Positions 40,806-51,365 are shown, counted from the first letter of the whole stretch. The stretch: DNA of 63,985 bases, filler included, from an uncultured bacterium (GCA_964429075.1; 14 parts of 14 records of this genome joined end to end with filler, not necessarily neighbours in it); one strand, 5' to 3'. Notes: generated by a model from the letters alone, not told the origin. Numbers and translations: made by a program.

Positions 40806-41914
40806 CAATAGGGATGCCTCTTAATTATAATACCCATATCATTTCCACCAGAACCACCTGTCAGTATAATAGCACCTACTGTACTTCCTGCAACCACCCC
40901 ACCCAGGATTGTCCAGAACCACCACTTTTTAAATATCCCTGACTTCTTTGATGGGCCCTCTTTCTCCTCTTTTATAACCTTTAACCTACCTAAATTACTT
41001 TTATTCTCTATATCTCCAGGGGGAGGTGACAATTCCTCTTCATTCTTCTTTCTGATAATCTGCACCCTCTTTTTCTTTATAGTGGTTGGGAATAGTACTT
41101 CCATCAACATCTTTGCCTTCTTCCATACACCATCTGGCTCTGTAGGTCTGAAATTATCTGAAATATCGATAGATTGACTTGCCACAAAATTATGTACCGA
41201 TAGATCGTATACCTGCATATAGTAGGTATAGCCTATATCGTTTTTATATACCTTACCAAAGATAGTGTATTTCATGTTGATCATGCTGGCAAGATATTCA
41301 GCCACAGGAAGGGGCAGGACAGCATACTTAAGACCTGGAAACTTCTGTTTTATCTCCTTAAACTTTTCTACTACCTTTGGTGTGAACTTAGAGAAATCTA
41401 TCGGTGGATTCTGAGCAATTGTTGCCATAACCTTCAATCTCTCTTCTGCCTCGCTCTCTTCTCCCATGGTAAGCTGTATTGTTGCTGTATAGAAAATCGC
41501 CTCTGCCAGATCCATCTGAACAGCCTTTATGGGCATCAGGGTTATCAGCTGCTTCTCTGCCTCTTTAAGTAGAGTAAGAGCACCGTCGAAGTCCATATTA
41601 AAATATTTATCCCTGGCCATTTCAAGATTCTCCAGTGCCTTTGCATAAACAAGATTGGGATCTGTATTTGGGAAAAGTGCCCTCTGTATCTGAGGCCCCC
41701 AGACTATGGGTTTAATATTAATCTCTTCAAAGGTTGATGCAACAGACTCAATAAACTCACTAAATGCAGGATATTTATTCTCATCAGTTGCTATATTTAC
41801 ATAGGCAATAGCATTTTCGTTAGGACCTTTTTGTGAAAGAAGTATATCTGCCCTTACCAAGAGTGGATCAAAAATTATTGAAAAGATAATGCTATATATC
41901 AAAAGCCTCTTCAT
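40805..41914 (-). CDS. Exported helical/TPR-like protein with C-terminal KKWWFW-Gly-rich hydrophobic tail
   Basis: Signal peptide; C-term FKKWWFWTILGGVVAGSTVGAIILTGG, a tail common in myxobacterial PEGA/TPR proteins. Confidence 0.65.
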   Translation of the reverse strand: MKRLLIYSIIFSIIFDPLLVRADILLSQKGPNENAIAYVNIATDENKYPAFSEFIESVASTFEEINIKPIVWGPQIQRALFPNTDPNLVYAKALENLEMARDKYFNMDFDGALTLLKEAEKQLITLMPIKAVQMDLAEAIFYTATIQLTMGEESEAEERLKVMATIAQNPPIDFSKFTPKVVEKFKEIKQKFPGLKYAVLPLPVAEYLASMINMKYTIFGKVYKNDIGYTYYMQVYDLSVHNFVASQSIDISDNFRPTEPDGVWKKAKMLMEVLFPTTIKKKRVQIIRKKNEEELSPPPGDIENKSNLGRLKVIKEEKEGPSKKSGIFKKWWFWTILGGVVAGSTVGAIILTGGSGGNDMGIIIKRHPY

Positions 41915-41991
41915 CTGCTTGCTACAACAACAAAATTAACCTTTGATACCAACTATAACATAATAAAAGAACATTTCAAGTTAAGGTTCCC

Positions 41992-42020
41992 TTGATTTCA
42001 AAATCTTTTTAGCCTATAAT
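41992..42020 (+). promoter_or_regulatory. Sigma70 promoter, probably leaderless transcript
   Basis: TTGATT-17 nt-TATAAT, 6 nt before GTG 42027, no SD. Confidence 0.65.
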
Positions 42021-42026
42021 CCCTAT

Positions 42027-42157
42027 GTGGCTGTAGATATTGCAGTTATTGTCACCATACTCCTTTTTACTGTCCTTGGCGCAGAAACAGGACTTTTTCG
42101 TCAGATTGCAAACATCATTGCAATTGCAGCAGGATGGGTCTTTGCAACACCAACTGC
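42027..42157 (+). CDS. CvpA-family membrane protein, N-terminal fragment
   Basis: VDIAVIV...LG...GLFRQI...IAAGW pattern. Confidence 0.65.
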
Positions 42158-42257
42158 NNNNNNNNNNNNNNNNNNNNNNNNNNNNNNNNNNNNNNNNNNN
42201 NTTAATTAATTAANNNNNNNNNNNNNNNNNNNNNNNNNNNNNNNNNNNNNNNNNNNN

Positions 42258-42299
42258 CAATAATATTGCAAAGCTAAGCAGAATATGTAACAGCTTCAT
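42258..42299 (-). CDS. 5' fragment of an exported protein, truncated by contig end
   Basis: SD GGGAGG then MKLLHILLSFAILL. Confidence 0.45.
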
Positions 42300-42370
42300 C
42301 TACTGTCCTCCCTACAAAATCATAACATACTACTTTTAAATTACTTTATACTACTAATGCTGTAAAAAAA

Positions 42371-42853
42371 TCAAGATTCACTAACTTTTTTATCAAGGAT
42401 TCCAAGCTGTCGCATTGCCTCATAAAGACCTATCCCTGCACACATTGCCAGATTCAGACTCCTTACTTTTGTTAGATCTATGGGGATAAAGAGCATGCTA
42501 TGACATAGTTCACGTACATCTTCTGGAAGGCCTTCTGTCTCACTTCCAAATAAAAGGAAGTCGTTCTTTTGAAATCTGAAGTCAGTAAAACAGAGTTCTG
42601 CCTTTTTTGAAAAACCAACAAGTCTTACAGGTTGCATCATTTTTAAGAACTCATGAAAATTATCATAGACTCGCATATCTATATTTGGCCAGTAATCAAG
42701 CCCTGCTCGTTTCAGGTATCTATCTTCAAGGGAGAAACCAAGTGGTCTTATCAGGTGTAGTTTTGTCTGAGTTGCAGCACATAATCTGCCTATGCTACCT
42801 GTGTTCTGAGGTATCTGTGGATTTACCAGTACTATATGAAGATTACTCTTCAT
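42371..42853 (-). CDS. trmL: tRNA (cytidine/uridine-34-2'-O)-methyltransferase
   Basis: PQIPQNTG.IGR, LKRAGLDYW, FGSET.GLP, RSLNLA. Confidence 0.96.
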   Translation of the reverse strand: MKSNLHIVLVNPQIPQNTGSIGRLCAATQTKLHLIRPLGFSLEDRYLKRAGLDYWPNIDMRVYDNFHEFLKMMQPVRLVGFSKKAELCFTDFRFQKNDFLLFGSETEGLPEDVRELCHSMLFIPIDLTKVRSLNLAMCAGIGLYEAMRQLGILDKKVSES

Positions 42854-43875
42854 AAGATTAACATTGCATCACCATAAGAGAAGAATCTATAGCCAGATCT
42901 TATTGCCTCATTATATGCATCCATGATCATCTTTCTGCCACAAAATGTAAATACAAGACAGAGTAAGGTACTTTCTGGTAGATGAAAATTTGTAATGAGT
43001 GCAAAATCAAACCTGAATCTATAGCCAGGTCTTATAAAAAGATCGGTACTGAATCTATCTTTGCCCTTCCACGATTCAATTGCCCGTACTGTGGTTGTTC
43101 CTACAAAAAAGACCCGACACCCCCTCTGCCTCGTTCTTATTATCCTATCGATAACCCCATTTGGTATATTCACATTCTCACTATCCATCTTATGATCATT
43201 TAGGTCTTCTGTACGGACGGGTACGAATGTGCCAGGACCAACATCAAGATATACCTCTTCGAAATGGGCTCCTCTTTTTTTAATTTCATCGATAAGTCTT
43301 TCAGAAAAGTGCAGCCCTGCAGTAGGCGCTGCTACAGAAAAGCCATCTTTCGCATAGACAGTCTGGTATCTCGATCTATGAAAATCCTCCTGAGCCTTTC
43401 GATATTCAATATAAGGTGGAAGGGGTGTATAACCAAACTCATCAATCAATTCTTTAACAGATTTGTTGTTGATCCTTGCCCTTATATGTCCCTGACCAAG
43501 CTTTTCAACAATTTCAATTGATACCCTTCCATCAACCTTTAAAACCTCATTGACTTTTAGCCTGCTATAGTGAGAAGACAGCGCAACAAAGGATGTTTCA
43601 TCTATAGGTTTGAGTATCAACAGCTCAACTGTTGCACCCGTTTTGCGTACTGTATAGACGCGAGAAGGACGTACCCTGGTTGCATTCACTACAAAAAGAT
43701 CGCCCGGCTGGACCATATCTTTGATATCCTGGAATCTACTGTGCCATAGCCATCTTTTATTTTTGTAATAGGCAGACCTATCGATTATCAACAGTCTTGC
43801 ATCCTCTCTCTTTTTTGATGGCTTTTGTGCGATAAGATCTTTTGGAAGTTCAAAAAATAGATCTTGCTTTTTCAT
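42850..43875 (-). CDS. queA: SAM:tRNA ribosyltransferase-isomerase
   Basis: LIAQ.P, PLPPYI, YQTVYA, SVAAPTAGLHF, TNFHLP, FFSYGDAMLI. Confidence 0.97.
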   Translation of the reverse strand: MKKQDLFFELPKDLIAQKPSKKREDARLLIIDRSAYYKNKRWLWHSRFQDIKDMVQPGDLFVVNATRVRPSRVYTVRKTGATVELLILKPIDETSFVALSSHYSRLKVNEVLKVDGRVSIEIVEKLGQGHIRARINNKSVKELIDEFGYTPLPPYIEYRKAQEDFHRSRYQTVYAKDGFSVAAPTAGLHFSERLIDEIKKRGAHFEEVYLDVGPGTFVPVRTEDLNDHKMDSENVNIPNGVIDRIIRTRQRGCRVFFVGTTTVRAIESWKGKDRFSTDLFIRPGYRFRFDFALITNFHLPESTLLCLVFTFCGRKMIMDAYNEAIRSGYRFFSYGDAMLIL

Positions 43876-45464
43876 ACTGGCGTTATAAGACTCGGTTTTT
43901 TAAAGTTTTTATCATCTGTGTACGGGTAGTCTAAATTGTAGTGAAGTCCTCTGCTCTCAAGTCTCCACATTGCAGATTTTACAATCAATTCTGCAACAAG
44001 GGCAATGTTACGAAGTTCAAGAAGATCGGTAGTAATCTTGAAATCCCAGTAGTATTCCCATATCTCATGCGAAAGGAGACTGAGTCTTCGTCTTGCCCTC
44101 ATGAGCCTACGATTGGATCTGACGATACCAACGTAGTTCCACATCAGACGTCTTATTTCATCCCAATTATGTGATACCTCAACCATCTCTTCCGGGTCAA
44201 CAGTACTACCATGATACCATTGTGGAACATCTCTTATCATCTGATCAAATCCGTTAATATCACAGTACTTACTTAATAGAGAAGCGGCCCTCTCTCCAAA
44301 AACAAGTGCCTCTAACAATGAGTTTGATGCGAGTCGATTGGCACCGTGTAACCCTGTATATGCACTCTCACCTATTACAAAAAGCCCATCAATATAAGTC
44401 TTTCCCCACATATCTGTCACAACACCACCACAGCAATAGTGCGCTGCAGGAACAACAGGGATGGGCTCTTTTGTAAAATCAATGCCGAATGTTTTGAGTT
44501 TTTCACCAATCTTGGGGAAACGCTTCCAGAGAAAATCTTTGCCAAGGTGGGTCATGTCAAGAAAAACATAATCATCACCACTCTTTTTTAGTTCCTTGTC
44601 TATTGCCCTCGCTACAACATCACGTGGTGCGAGCTCTGCATCAGGATGATAATCTGGCATGAATCTATGTCCTCTTTTATCAACAATAACACCACCCTCT
44701 CCACGCATTGCCTCTGAAAGAAGAAAATTCTTTGCCCTGGCAGAGTATAGACAGGTTGGATGAAACTGAAAAAATTCCATGTTGGACACAGAAGCCCCAG
44801 CTCTATAAGCAATGGCTATTCCATCACCAGTAGCAGTATCAGGATTTGATGTGTATAGATATACCTTCCCACATCCTCCTGTTGCAAGTACGGTAACCTT
44901 TGCTGTAACAGGTATAATCTCATCTTTCTTTATGTCGTATATATATGCACCAAGACATCTTATATCTTTTAATTCTCCCTTTGTCTGTCTTGTAGTTACA
45001 AGGTCTATTGCAAACATATATGGTTTTAGAACAACGTTCTTTTTCTCTTCCACACGCTCCAAGAGTGTACGATGTAGAACCTCTCCGGTAATATCACCAG
45101 CGTGTACTATGCGCCTTTTAGAGTGACCGGCCTCTCTTCCAAGATCGAGTTTGTTTCCCTTTGTAGAAAAGGGAACACCAAGATCTTTTAGATGATCTAT
45201 TACTTTTGGCGCCCTATCAACACATAGCCTTACAACTTCTGGGTTATTAATACCATAACCCACTTTAAGGGTATCTTTATAATGAAGTTCCAGTGAATCC
45301 TCATCAAAGTCTGTAACAGCTGCAATACCACCCTGTGCCCTGCTGGAGGCATTTTCATAAAAGGATGTTTTGCTGATCAAAAGGACACGATATTTTTCTG
45401 GTATATTTAATGCACAGTATAGGCCTGCTACACCAGAACCCACAATAAGGACATCAACCTTCAT
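43872..45464 (-). CDS. nadB: L-aspartate oxidase
   Basis: GSGVAG, AQGGIAA, EAGHS.RRIVH, QFHPT, HGANRLASNSLLE, ESRGLH. Confidence 0.96.
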   Translation of the reverse strand: MKVDVLIVGSGVAGLYCALNIPEKYRVLLISKTSFYENASSRAQGGIAAVTDFDEDSLELHYKDTLKVGYGINNPEVVRLCVDRAPKVIDHLKDLGVPFSTKGNKLDLGREAGHSKRRIVHAGDITGEVLHRTLLERVEEKKNVVLKPYMFAIDLVTTRQTKGELKDIRCLGAYIYDIKKDEIIPVTAKVTVLATGGCGKVYLYTSNPDTATGDGIAIAYRAGASVSNMEFFQFHPTCLYSARAKNFLLSEAMRGEGGVIVDKRGHRFMPDYHPDAELAPRDVVARAIDKELKKSGDDYVFLDMTHLGKDFLWKRFPKIGEKLKTFGIDFTKEPIPVVPAAHYCCGGVVTDMWGKTYIDGLFVIGESAYTGLHGANRLASNSLLEALVFGERAASLLSKYCDINGFDQMIRDVPQWYHGSTVDPEEMVEVSHNWDEIRRLMWNYVGIVRSNRRLMRARRRLSLLSHEIWEYYWDFKITTDLLELRNIALVAELIVKSAMWRLESRGLHYNLDYPYTDDKNFKKPSLITPV

Positions 45465-45772
45465 TCTCTATTCCTTTGAATACATCCCTTATAGAGACCT
45501 GCCTCGATCTCGGCCTTTTTAGCATACCGAATAGATTCTTCTGCGAGCTCTTTTGAATAAAGTGGTTCAATCTGTGCCTGTGCCTTTGCCTTCTTATTCA
45601 GTCTTAAGGCAACCTCATAAAGATCGGGCGCACATACATCTGCACCCATCTTTTTTGCTCTGTCGATCTCAAGGTCTGATCGTCTTATGATACCATAAGG
45701 CGGACTCATAAACATTAAACAGCCGAATGATACAACTAAAAATAGCCAGATTAGGGAAAAAAGTCTCTTCAT
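45461..45772 (-). CDS. Small putative lipoprotein (DUF4398-like)
   Basis: ATGA overlaps at both ends; VVSFGC lipobox-like; A...GA...AP..Y..A helical pattern. Confidence 0.6.
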   Translation of the reverse strand: MKRLFSLIWLFLVVSFGCLMFMSPPYGIIRRSDLEIDRAKKMGADVCAPDLYEVALRLNKKAKAQAQIEPLYSKELAEESIRYAKKAEIEAGLYKGCIQRNRE

Positions 45773-46782
45773 TCCTTGCTTATTCCAGTAAATCTGAATC
45801 GATCGAGTAAGACAGCAGGTGCAACTGTACCACCAGGTCCCCCCCACCAGTTTGGTACAAATTTACGTTCTTTTGAGATGTCAATAATTCCTTCAAAGGC
45901 CTCAAGCATTGAATTGTTGAATCTCAAATTTTTTAGTGCCTTTTTTATCTCGCCATCTTCAATAAGAAAGGTACCACAACGTGTCATCCCGGTCATCAAG
46001 GCCCTTTTCGTATCAAGTAGGCCATTCACATAGTGAAAATCTGTAACAAGAATCCCCCGTTTTATAGATGATATCATATCATCAATAGATCTATCGCCAT
46101 TACCAAATATCAGATTTGTAGGATATGCACCATCATCAATCTCTCCTATACCGTGACCTGTAGGTGTATTTCCAGACTCATGAGCTGTGAAGATGTCATA
46201 GACTGGCTGTATTGCCAGACCATCTTTTATAATATCTACCCGTTTTCTCGGCACACCATCTCTATCAAAGGGGACAACAAATCCTAAACCATCCTCCTCA
46301 AGAGGACTATCATAGATATTCACCTTTTCTGATGTTATTCTCTGACCAATTCGACCGGATAAGAAGCTTGTCCCATCAAGATAGGATCTACTTCCAAAAC
46401 CTATATAGGTCATCCATTCAAGGATCTCAGCTGTTGCAAGTGGCAGGAGTAAGGTTGGATATTCACCGGGTTCTATCTCATCTACACCAAGCTTGCTTGC
46501 AAGTTCTACCTTCAGCAGGGATTCTTCAAGGAGTTTTTTAATATCATCCTCTTCTGGCTTTAATGTGCCAGAATAGGTAGAGATGCCCATTAAATTATCG
46601 TTGTAGGAGTAGAATTCAAGACCAAAGGCCTCAATCTGATAATTCGATGAAAGCCCATTTGAATTTACAAAAAGACAGCTATTTACCCTCTTTGAAAAGG
46701 TCCCGGATATATCAATCTTTCTATCTTTTGCAATCTTCTGTGACTCTCTAATAGATTCTGATATTTCTTTATAGTTTAATGG
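45769..46782 (-). CDS. TldD/PmbA family protein, 5'-truncated
   Basis: EPGEY..LL.P, PFDRDGVP, TGHG, PTNL, TGMTR.GTFLIEDG, NLRFN. Confidence 0.9.
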   Translation of the reverse strand, partial: PLNYKEISESIRESQKIAKDRKIDISGTFSKRVNSCLFVNSNGLSSNYQIEAFGLEFYSYNDNLMGISTYSGTLKPEEDDIKKLLEESLLKVELASKLGVDEIEPGEYPTLLLPLATAEILEWMTYIGFGSRSYLDGTSFLSGRIGQRITSEKVNIYDSPLEEDGLGFVVPFDRDGVPRKRVDIIKDGLAIQPVYDIFTAHESGNTPTGHGIGEIDDGAYPTNLIFGNGDRSIDDMISSIKRGILVTDFHYVNGLLDTKRALMTGMTRCGTFLIEDGEIKKALKNLRFNNSMLEAFEGIIDISKERKFVPNWWGGPGGTVAPAVLLDRFRFTGISKE

Positions 46783-46882
46783 NNNNNNNNNNNNNNNNNN
46801 NNNNNNNNNNNNNNNNNNNNNNNNNNTTAATTAATTAANNNNNNNNNNNNNNNNNNNNNNNNNNNNNNNNNNNNNNNNNNNN

Positions 46883-47137
46883 CTTTTAAAAGAACCTGTT
46901 CCTATTGTAGAAGAATCTGCTAACAAAAAATCAGAAGATATACTTCTTTCTGAAGAGAAAGAGATGTACCTTAAAGCCTTATCGGACATCAGATTTGAGT
47001 ACAATGCAGGCAAGCTCAGCAAAGAAGACTATGAAGCATTGAAAAAGGAATACATTTCTACAATAAATGAGATAGAAAATAAACTTAAGAAATATGAAAG
47101 TAACAATAAAGAGAATAATAAGCCCAACAATCAATAA
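46883..47137 (+). CDS. C-terminal fragment of hypothetical protein (CcmI/SHOCT-like tail)
   Basis: Open frame reading LKALSDIRFEYNAGKLSKEDYEALKKEY, stop TAA at 47135-47137. Confidence 0.5.
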   Translation, partial: LLKEPVPIVEESANKKSEDILLSEEKEMYLKALSDIRFEYNAGKLSKEDYEALKKEYISTINEIENKLKKYESNNKENNKPNNQ

Positions 47138-47696
47138 GAAAGACAGAATCCCACCAGGCCAATATGTTGAAACCGATCACTGGCCTGTTCTTCATGATGG
47201 AACGGTCCCTGATGTTGATCTTAAGGACTGGCGTTTTAGGATTTTTGGTCTTGTCGAAAAGGAGGTTGAATTAAGTTACGAAGAGTTTATGGAATTACCA
47301 AGAGTAGAGGTATTATCAGATATCCACTGTGTTACTGGTTGGAGTGTGCTTGACAATATCTGGGAGGGTATACCATCTGTTGCTCTCAGGGATATCGTAT
47401 CTATCAAAGATGATGCAAGATTTGTAATGATCCATGCAGAAGGGAATTTTACTACCAATATCCCAATTGATGATTTCTTTCAGGAAGATGTGCTTTTTGC
47501 TTATAAGAGAAACGGTAGTTATCTTAGTAGAGAGCATGGGTTCCCCCTAAGGCTGATTGTGCCAAGGCTATATTTCTGGAAAAGTGCAAAGTGGGTACGA
47601 GGGGTTGAGTTTATGAAACAGGATCGTCCTGGTTACTGGGAGATGAGGGGCTATCACATGCACGGCGATCCCTGGCTGGAAGAACGATACGGTTAG
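47094..47696 (+). CDS. Sulfite-oxidase-like molybdopterin oxidoreductase (YuiH-like)
   Basis: RIPPGQ, WPVLH, DIHCVTGWS, HGFPLRL, YFWKSAKW, GYWE.RGYH..GDPW. Confidence 0.92.
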   Translation: MKVTIKRIISPTINKKDRIPPGQYVETDHWPVLHDGTVPDVDLKDWRFRIFGLVEKEVELSYEEFMELPRVEVLSDIHCVTGWSVLDNIWEGIPSVALRDIVSIKDDARFVMIHAEGNFTTNIPIDDFFQEDVLFAYKRNGSYLSREHGFPLRLIVPRLYFWKSAKWVRGVEFMKQDRPGYWEMRGYHMHGDPWLEERYG

Positions 47697-47752
47697 CTTC
47701 TTAAATCTCTAATAGATCCCTGTTGTAGATCAATAAATGTATCAGGCCTGCC

Positions 47753-50700
47753 TTAAGGATGGTTGGCAAGATTCAGACTGCTATTCCCAGTTGAATCGAA
47801 GCTAATATACCAGAGCTTGTAGTTGCCAGTATTACTATATATAACACTTGGATCAACCTGCCATGTGCTACCGTTGTTTGATGAGGGTATGATTAAGGTT
47901 GAAAATTGGTAGTTTAAAAGATCAGAAGTAGAGGCCGATAGAATACTCCAGTTATCATTATTGTCCTGACCGGCATAAAATACCTTCAATATATTACCAT
48001 TATAGGATATCCACGGTGATGATACTGCTCTCTCAGTATAGACGCCACCATCTCCATTATTGATAACTGTACCAAGCCTTGACCAGATTATACCATCTAT
48101 CGAATAGGCCAGCAGGATTCTCCACTGCCAGTCCGGCACATAGGTATCGGGTATATTTACCTTTTGTTTACTACCTGCATAAAGCATATAATAAACATCT
48201 CCGATCTTAATAACTGCAGGATGTGCAACTGCCCATTTATCATCGCCTCCTCCGGACGGTGAAAGGACAGGTTCTTTGTTGTTCTGTACATCCCAGCTCT
48301 TACCATCAGTAGATGTAGCATAGCCTATATACCACATAAAATTGTTCCCTTCCCATCTGCCTCCAGCGTACCACATCTTATAAACACCTGCCTGTTTATC
48401 AAATATTACAGATGGTTGTGAACAGTAATTATTCTCCCACCAACTATTGCAATTACTATTGAAGGTTACCTGTTGAAAATTCTGCCATGTCTTACCATCT
48501 GAAGAATCGGCATACCATATGCTCGATGTATTGTTGTTTTGATCTATCTCTGTGTACCACATCCTGTAGATATTGGCATCGCTGTCAAAAAGTACAGAAG
48601 GGCTGGCAATCGATTTATTATTTGAACCACTGAATAGCTGCTGGTTATAGCTCATTGTCATTGGAGAATTAGCAACAACGGTAATCTCATCCCAAGACCT
48701 ATCACCAAAATAATCATAAACTGTAAGCCTTATTACATATGTACCTGGCTGAGTTATATCCTTCAACCATGCATATTTTGAGTCTGCGCTGGTTATTGTT
48801 GCCATACTCAGTGAAGGTGCACTCTCAATTGTCCAGTGATAACCAAGTGTATCATTATCAGGGTCATTGCTACCAGAGCCATCAAGCTTAACAATATCTC
48901 CCACATCAATGTCTAAATTATTGCCAGCGTTAGCTACAGGTGGTCTATTTATTACTTCTATTGAAACGGTTTCAAGATCACTCTGAAGCTGACCATCAGA
49001 CACAACCAACCCTATGGTGTATGTACCTCTTGCATCTGCTTTAAATGAGGCTGCGTCGTTGTTGATATTTAGCTGTGCCTGGCTCCCTGATGGCCTGGAG
49101 ATCCACATCCAGCTGTAAATAAGGACATCACCATTTGGATCGTAACTTGAACTGCCACTTAGATTAAATGTATCATCTTTATATCCAACTAACCTGTTGT
49201 CCTGAACTGTTATTATTGCAACAGGTGGAGTGTTGCCCAGAACCGCAGTAACCCTTACAATATCTGAATCTGAAGCGCCTTTATCATCAGTAACTATAAG
49301 CTCTATTTCATAATCTCCTTCAATATCGGGTGTAAAACTAACTGTCTGTGATGTTGTATTCTGCAGCGAGATAGAACTGCCAGATGGTTTTGAAATTAAG
49401 TACCAGTTGAAGGTTAAGGTATCACCGTTTGGATCGTAGCTGCCTGAACCATCAAGTGTAACAGAGCTATTAACATCAATTACTCTGTCTGGGCCTGCAT
49501 CAGCAACAGGGGAAGCGTTACCAGAGACGGTTGTAATAGTGACCCTATCAGAATCTGTTGCACCATTCTGATCTGATACCACAAGGATGACTACATAGCT
49601 ACCCACAACATCAGGGGTAAAACTGTATGTAATACTGTTTGAATCAATTGTTGATACTGCACTTTCTGTAGGTTTTTCTACAAGGTGCCAGCTGAAATTT
49701 AGGTTATCACCATTTGGATCATAGCTGCCTGAGCCATCCAATGTTACAGACTCGCCAACATTTACTACTCTATCACCACCGGCATCTGCAACAGGTGCAG
49801 CATTTCCATATACGACAGTTAGTGTTACCCTATCAGATGATGACAATCCTTCTTGATCTGTAACTACGAGTTCAAAGACATAGCTACCAACAACGTCTGG
49901 AGTTACCAGAAGAGTCGCGCTGTTAGTAGAACTGTCAACAGATAGACTGCTATCCTGTGGTTTGTTTACTATGTGCCAGCTAAAAACAATGGGATCACCG
50001 TTTGGATCGTAGCTGCCTGAACCATCCAGTGTTACACTTTCTCCAAGTTTAATTGTTACATCCCTTCCTGCATCTGCAACAGGTGATGCATTCCCATACA
50101 CAGCTGTGATGGTTGTTCTATCTGAGGATGTTGCCCCGTACGGGTCTGAAACAATTAGCTCCAGGGTATAAATACCCTCAACATCTGGAGTGAATTTTAT
50201 AAGAGAAGAGGTTGTATCTTGAAGTGTAACAGCACTGTTTGATGGTTTTGTGACAAAATGCCAGCTGTAACTAAGAGAATCACCATTTGGATCATAGCTT
50301 GATCCACCATCAAGGACAACCTCATTACCCACTTCTATAATCCTGTCCTGTCCGGCATCGGCCACAGGGGTTGCATTTCCAGATATAGCTGTCACAGTAA
50401 CCCTATCAGATGAGCTTGCCCCTTTTATATCAGATACTACAAGCTCAAAGATATATTGACCTTCAACATCCGGAACAAATGATAGAGTTTGATCATTTGT
50501 TCCGCTCAGGCTGATAGAACTCGAAGATGGCTTCTGAATGAGAAACCAGCTGAAAAAGATTGCATCACCATTTGGATCAAAGCTTTTACTTCCATCAAGG
50601 GTTGTTTCCTGACCAACTGTAGCAAGTGTGTCCATCCCGGCATCTGCAATAGGTGGTGCATTACCTGATATAACATCTATTTTGATCTCATCGGTATCTG

Positions 50701-51325
50701 ATGCATTCTGAGGATCGGTCACTGTGAGTTGTAAAACATATGTGCCAATGAGATCTGGAGTAAAAGTTACCTGAACTCCCTCTACATTACTAAACTCTAC
50801 AGCGCTCTGGTCTGGTTTTTGAACAAGATCCCATGTGTATGTGAGATCATCTCCATCAGGGTCACTGCTCCTTGAGGCATCGAGATAGATCCCTGAGATA
50901 GCATTATCGAGAGAGATGATGAGGTCTTTACCTGCATCTGCAACTGGTGGGTGATTTTTGTCTTTTACATCAATCTCTATCTGTGATGGTTGACTCCAGA
51001 GAAATCCATCAAATACCTTCAAAACCACAACATATGTGCCTGGTAAATCGGGTTTAAAGTAGGGTTTTGCAACAGTGTTATCTACAAAATCTACACTACT
51101 TCCCACCGGACTTTCTACAATCTTCCAGTAGAAACTGAGCTGTGCTCCTTCGGGATCTTTACTCTCAGAACCATCAAGCTGTACCCACATATCGACAGTC
51201 GGGTTTTCGCTGAGAAGGGAGATCTTCGCCAATGGTTCAAGATTTTTCTCTTTGTTTTTACATGCGAGTATTAAAGATAAAGATATAACGATAAATAGAA
51301 TGCTGTATTTCCTTTTGATTAACAT
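47753..51325 (-). CDS. Surface lipoprotein with nine PKD/K319L-like repeats and C-terminal five-bladed GH32/43-like beta-propeller
   Basis: SD GGAGG, lipobox LILAC; nine ~96-aa units with LDGSxSxDPxGD (most also PVADAG); five (S/Q/H/D)P...Y(K/R)MWY-type blades. Confidence 0.85.
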   Translation of the reverse strand: MLIKRKYSILFIVISLSLILACKNKEKNLEPLAKISLLSENPTVDMWVQLDGSESKDPEGAQLSFYWKIVESPVGSSVDFVDNTVAKPYFKPDLPGTYVVVLKVFDGFLWSQPSQIEIDVKDKNHPPVADAGKDLIISLDNAISGIYLDASRSSDPDGDDLTYTWDLVQKPDQSAVEFSNVEGVQVTFTPDLIGTYVLQLTVTDPQNASDTDEIKIDVISGNAPPIADAGMDTLATVGQETTLDGSKSFDPNGDAIFFSWFLIQKPSSSSISLSGTNDQTLSFVPDVEGQYIFELVVSDIKGASSSDRVTVTAISGNATPVADAGQDRIIEVGNEVVLDGGSSYDPNGDSLSYSWHFVTKPSNSAVTLQDTTSSLIKFTPDVEGIYTLELIVSDPYGATSSDRTTITAVYGNASPVADAGRDVTIKLGESVTLDGSGSYDPNGDPIVFSWHIVNKPQDSSLSVDSSTNSATLLVTPDVVGSYVFELVVTDQEGLSSSDRVTLTVVYGNAAPVADAGGDRVVNVGESVTLDGSGSYDPNGDNLNFSWHLVEKPTESAVSTIDSNSITYSFTPDVVGSYVVILVVSDQNGATDSDRVTITTVSGNASPVADAGPDRVIDVNSSVTLDGSGSYDPNGDTLTFNWYLISKPSGSSISLQNTTSQTVSFTPDIEGDYEIELIVTDDKGASDSDIVRVTAVLGNTPPVAIITVQDNRLVGYKDDTFNLSGSSSYDPNGDVLIYSWMWISRPSGSQAQLNINNDAASFKADARGTYTIGLVVSDGQLQSDLETVSIEVINRPPVANAGNNLDIDVGDIVKLDGSGSNDPDNDTLGYHWTIESAPSLSMATITSADSKYAWLKDITQPGTYVIRLTVYDYFGDRSWDEITVVANSPMTMSYNQQLFSGSNNKSIASPSVLFDSDANIYRMWYTEIDQNNNTSSIWYADSSDGKTWQNFQQVTFNSNCNSWWENNYCSQPSVIFDKQAGVYKMWYAGGRWEGNNFMWYIGYATSTDGKSWDVQNNKEPVLSPSGGGDDKWAVAHPAVIKIGDVYYMLYAGSKQKVNIPDTYVPDWQWRILLAYSIDGIIWSRLGTVINNGDGGVYTERAVSSPWISYNGNILKVFYAGQDNNDNWSILSASTSDLLNYQFSTLIIPSSNNGSTWQVDPSVIYSNTGNYKLWYISFDSTGNSSLNLANHP

Positions 51326-51365
51326 AATTCCTCCTGACCTTACTATTACATAGATATTTAGATGA

